DNA of 64,000 bases from NCBI GenBank assembly GCA_016841675.1, contig JAENYQ010000007.1, positions 1,638-65,637 of the forward strand, read 5' to 3'. A program made the translations under genes and the position numbers. The notes under the pieces were generated by a model. It saw only the letters and a list, made by a program, of their open reading frames with translations. It was not told the origin of the DNA and did no database searches. Of the stretch, positions 62,115-64,000 are shown in pieces; the first letter of the stretch is position 1, and each line of letters begins with the position of its first letter. This stretch comes from Desulfotomaculum sp. (GTDB lineage: Bacteria; Bacillota; Desulfotomaculia; Desulfotomaculales; Desulfallaceae).

Positions 62115-63786
62115 GGTAATCAGCCATCAGCTGTTGCTTAAAGCGGGTTTTATCCGTAAGGCGGCGGCGGGGGTGTATAATTTGCTCCCTCTGGCCTGGC
62201 GGGTGGTTAGAAAGATCGAACAAATTATCAGGGAAGAAATGGACAGGCAGGGCGGTCAAGAGTTGATGATGCCCATTGTTCAGCCTGCGGAACTGTGGCG
62301 GGAATCGGGCCGCTGGGACGTGTACGGCCCGGAACTGTTTCGGCTCAAGGACAGGCATGGCCGGGATTTCTGTCTTGGTCCCACCCATGAAGAAATAATT
62401 ACCACCCTGGTCAAGGGAGATATTAACTCATATAAACAGTTGCCTTTGCTGCTATACCAGATCCAGAACAAATATCGTGACGAACGCAGACCGCGGTTTG
62501 GACTGCTGCGTGGTCGGGAATTCATTATGAAGGACCTGTACTCTTTTGACTATGATCAGGCCGGGCTTGACGCTAGTTATAATAAGATGTATGAAGCGTA
62601 CAACAATGTGTTTAGCCGCTGTGCTTTGGATTTCCGCCCTGTTGTTGCCGATTCCGGTGCTATTGGGGGTAAGGATACCCATGAATTCATGGTGCTTGCC
62701 GATTCCGGCGAGGCGACCATAGTTTACTGTGAAGGTAATGATTGCAGTTACGCAGCCAATGAAGAGCGGGCTGAAGCCGTTATGTCGGGGGAGAAAGAAG
62801 TTGCTCCGTTACTGGAGTTGAAAAAAATCCATACCCCGGACTGCCGGACTATTGCAGATTTGGCGGCGTTTTTAAAAATTACCCCAGAGCGAATAATTAA
62901 AACCATTTTATATACTACCGAAAAGGAAACGATAGCAGCACTGGTGCGGGGTGACCGGGAAATTAACGAAATAAAGCTGTATAATACTTTGGATTGCGTC
63001 AGGTTGGATATGGCCAATCCGAATACGATACTTGCGGTTACCGGTGCCCAGACGGGTTTTGCCGGCCCGGTTAAACTGAAAAGTGTGCGCATGGTGGTGG
63101 ATTCCGAAGTTATGGCTATGGTCAACGCCGTTTGCGGCGCTAACGAAGCCGACCAGCACCTGGTAAATGTAAACCCGGGCCGGGATTTTGAGCCCGACAT
63201 TGTCACCGATATCCGGTTGGTAAAATCCGGCGAGCCTTGCCCTAATTGCGGCAATAAATTACTGGAAGCCCGGGGTATCGAGGTTGGCCAGGTATTTAAA
63301 CTAGGTGACAAGTACAGCAAGGCCATGAACGCTACTTTTTTAGATGAAAACGGTCAGGCCAGATTGTTTATTATGGGCTGTTATGGAATCGGAGTAACCA
63401 GGACCATGGCTGCCGCTGTAGAACAGAATCATGATGAGCGGGGGATTATTTGGCCGCCTCAGATTGCGCCTTACCACGTAGCGGTGCTGCCAGTGAACCA
63501 TAAGGATGAACACCAGTTTGCCATGGCGGCAAGTATTTACCGGCAGCTTGTGGATGCAGGAGTGGAAGCAGTGTTTGATGACCGCCCGGAACGGGCCGGG
63601 GTTAAGTTCAAGGATGCCGACCTGGTAGGGTACCCGCTGCGCATTACTGTGGGTGCTAAGGGCCTGGCTGGCGGCCAGGTCGAGCTTACTACCCGGCAAA
63701 ATGGGGAGATGAAAATGATCCCCTTGGATGGAGTAGTGGATGCAGTTAAAAGCAACTTGCGCAGATTGGGTCACACCAGGTTGTAA
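62059..63786 (+). CDS. proS: Proline--tRNA ligase (bacterial type with editing domain)
   Basis: ATG 62059 after [19 protein letters not shown]... with full-length similarity. Confidence 0.95.
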   Translation: MKVSEMLVPTLREIPAEAEVISHQLLLKAGFIRKAAAGVYNLLPLAWRVVRKIEQIIREEMDRQGGQELMMPIVQPAELWRESGRWDVYGPELFRLKDRHGRDFCLGPTHEEIITTLVKGDINSYKQLPLLLYQIQNKYRDERRPRFGLLRGREFIMKDLYSFDYDQAGLDASYNKMYEAYNNVFSRCALDFRPVVADSGAIGGKDTHEFMVLADSGEATIVYCEGNDCSYAANEERAEAVMSGEKEVAPLLELKKIHTPDCRTIADLAAFLKITPERIIKTILYTTEKETIAALVRGDREINEIKLYNTLDCVRLDMANPNTILAVTGAQTGFAGPVKLKSVRMVVDSEVMAMVNAVCGANEADQHLVNVNPGRDFEPDIVTDIRLVKSGEPCPNCGNKLLEARGIEVGQVFKLGDKYSKAMNATFLDENGQARLFIMGCYGIGVTRTMAAAVEQNHDERGIIWPPQIAPYHVAVLPVNHKDEHQFAMAASIYRQLVDAGVEAVFDDRPERAGVKFKDADLVGYPLRITVGAKGLAGGQVELTTRQNGEMKMIPLDGVVDAVKSNLRRLGHTRL

Positions 63787-63826
63787 GTTAAACAGTGGAA
63801 GGATATTGCTTAGAAATGCAGTTTCC

Positions 63827-63855
63827 TTGTCAAATCCTCTCTTTTATTATATAAT
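63827..63855 (+). promoter_or_regulatory. Sigma-A-type promoter TTGTCA-17-TATAAT
   Basis: Hexamers at 63827-63832 and 63850-63855. Followed by a hairpin at 63926-63946. Confidence 0.5.
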
Positions 63856-64000
63856 AATCATTGGTTTGACGTTGGACTTGAGGTGCGTTTTGCATTTTAG
63901 CTTTCCATGGTTATTTCGTTTAAGGAGAGTGGGTAAAGCCCACTCTTTCGTCTTATACTAATAAAAACTAAGAATGATATTGTCCACGAGGGGGACTGAT

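Overview
This is a 64-kb chromosomal window from a spore-forming Firmicute. Gene content and order resemble Peptococcaceae/Desulfotomaculum-type Clostridia, but the taxon is inference only. Two conserved, almost entirely plus-strand housekeeping blocks flank a ~17.3-kb mosaic accessory region. Block 1 (1-18.2 kb) holds yebC (partial), bofC-like, ruvCAB, queH, spoIID, queA, tgt, yajC, an HD protein, secDF and murT-gatD. It also holds a metal/redox cluster: a candidate NiCo-type riboswitch with a CDF exporter, a DUF4198-like protein, a glutaredoxin-like candidate selenoprotein and an MBL hydrolase. The accessory region (18.1-35.5 kb) is delimited and partitioned by three copies of the gatD 3' end. 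It contains an ECF sigma/anti-sigma pair with divergent GAAC-N17-CGTC promoters and a 1.25-kb duplication. It also contains an apparently intact three-tyrosine-recombinase (RIT-like) element with terminal inverted repeats, inserted into a TniB/ExeA-like ATPase gene. The rest is decayed IS110, IS3-like and two rve+AAA transposition modules, plus AT-rich cassettes encoding secreted proteins paired with tiny membrane proteins. Block 2 (35.7-64 kb) holds yhbH-spoVR, ku plus a split ligD, dprA-topA-trmFO-xerC-hslVU-codY, rpsB-tsf-pyrH-frr, a ferredoxin, uppS-cdsA, dxr-rseP-ispG-proS. A family of ~90-bp intergenic repeats occurs at least 5 times, and one copy is expanded between hslV and hslU. I saw no rRNA, tRNA or CRISPR array. 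All calls come from reading the sequence and ORF translations; no searches or folding programs were run.
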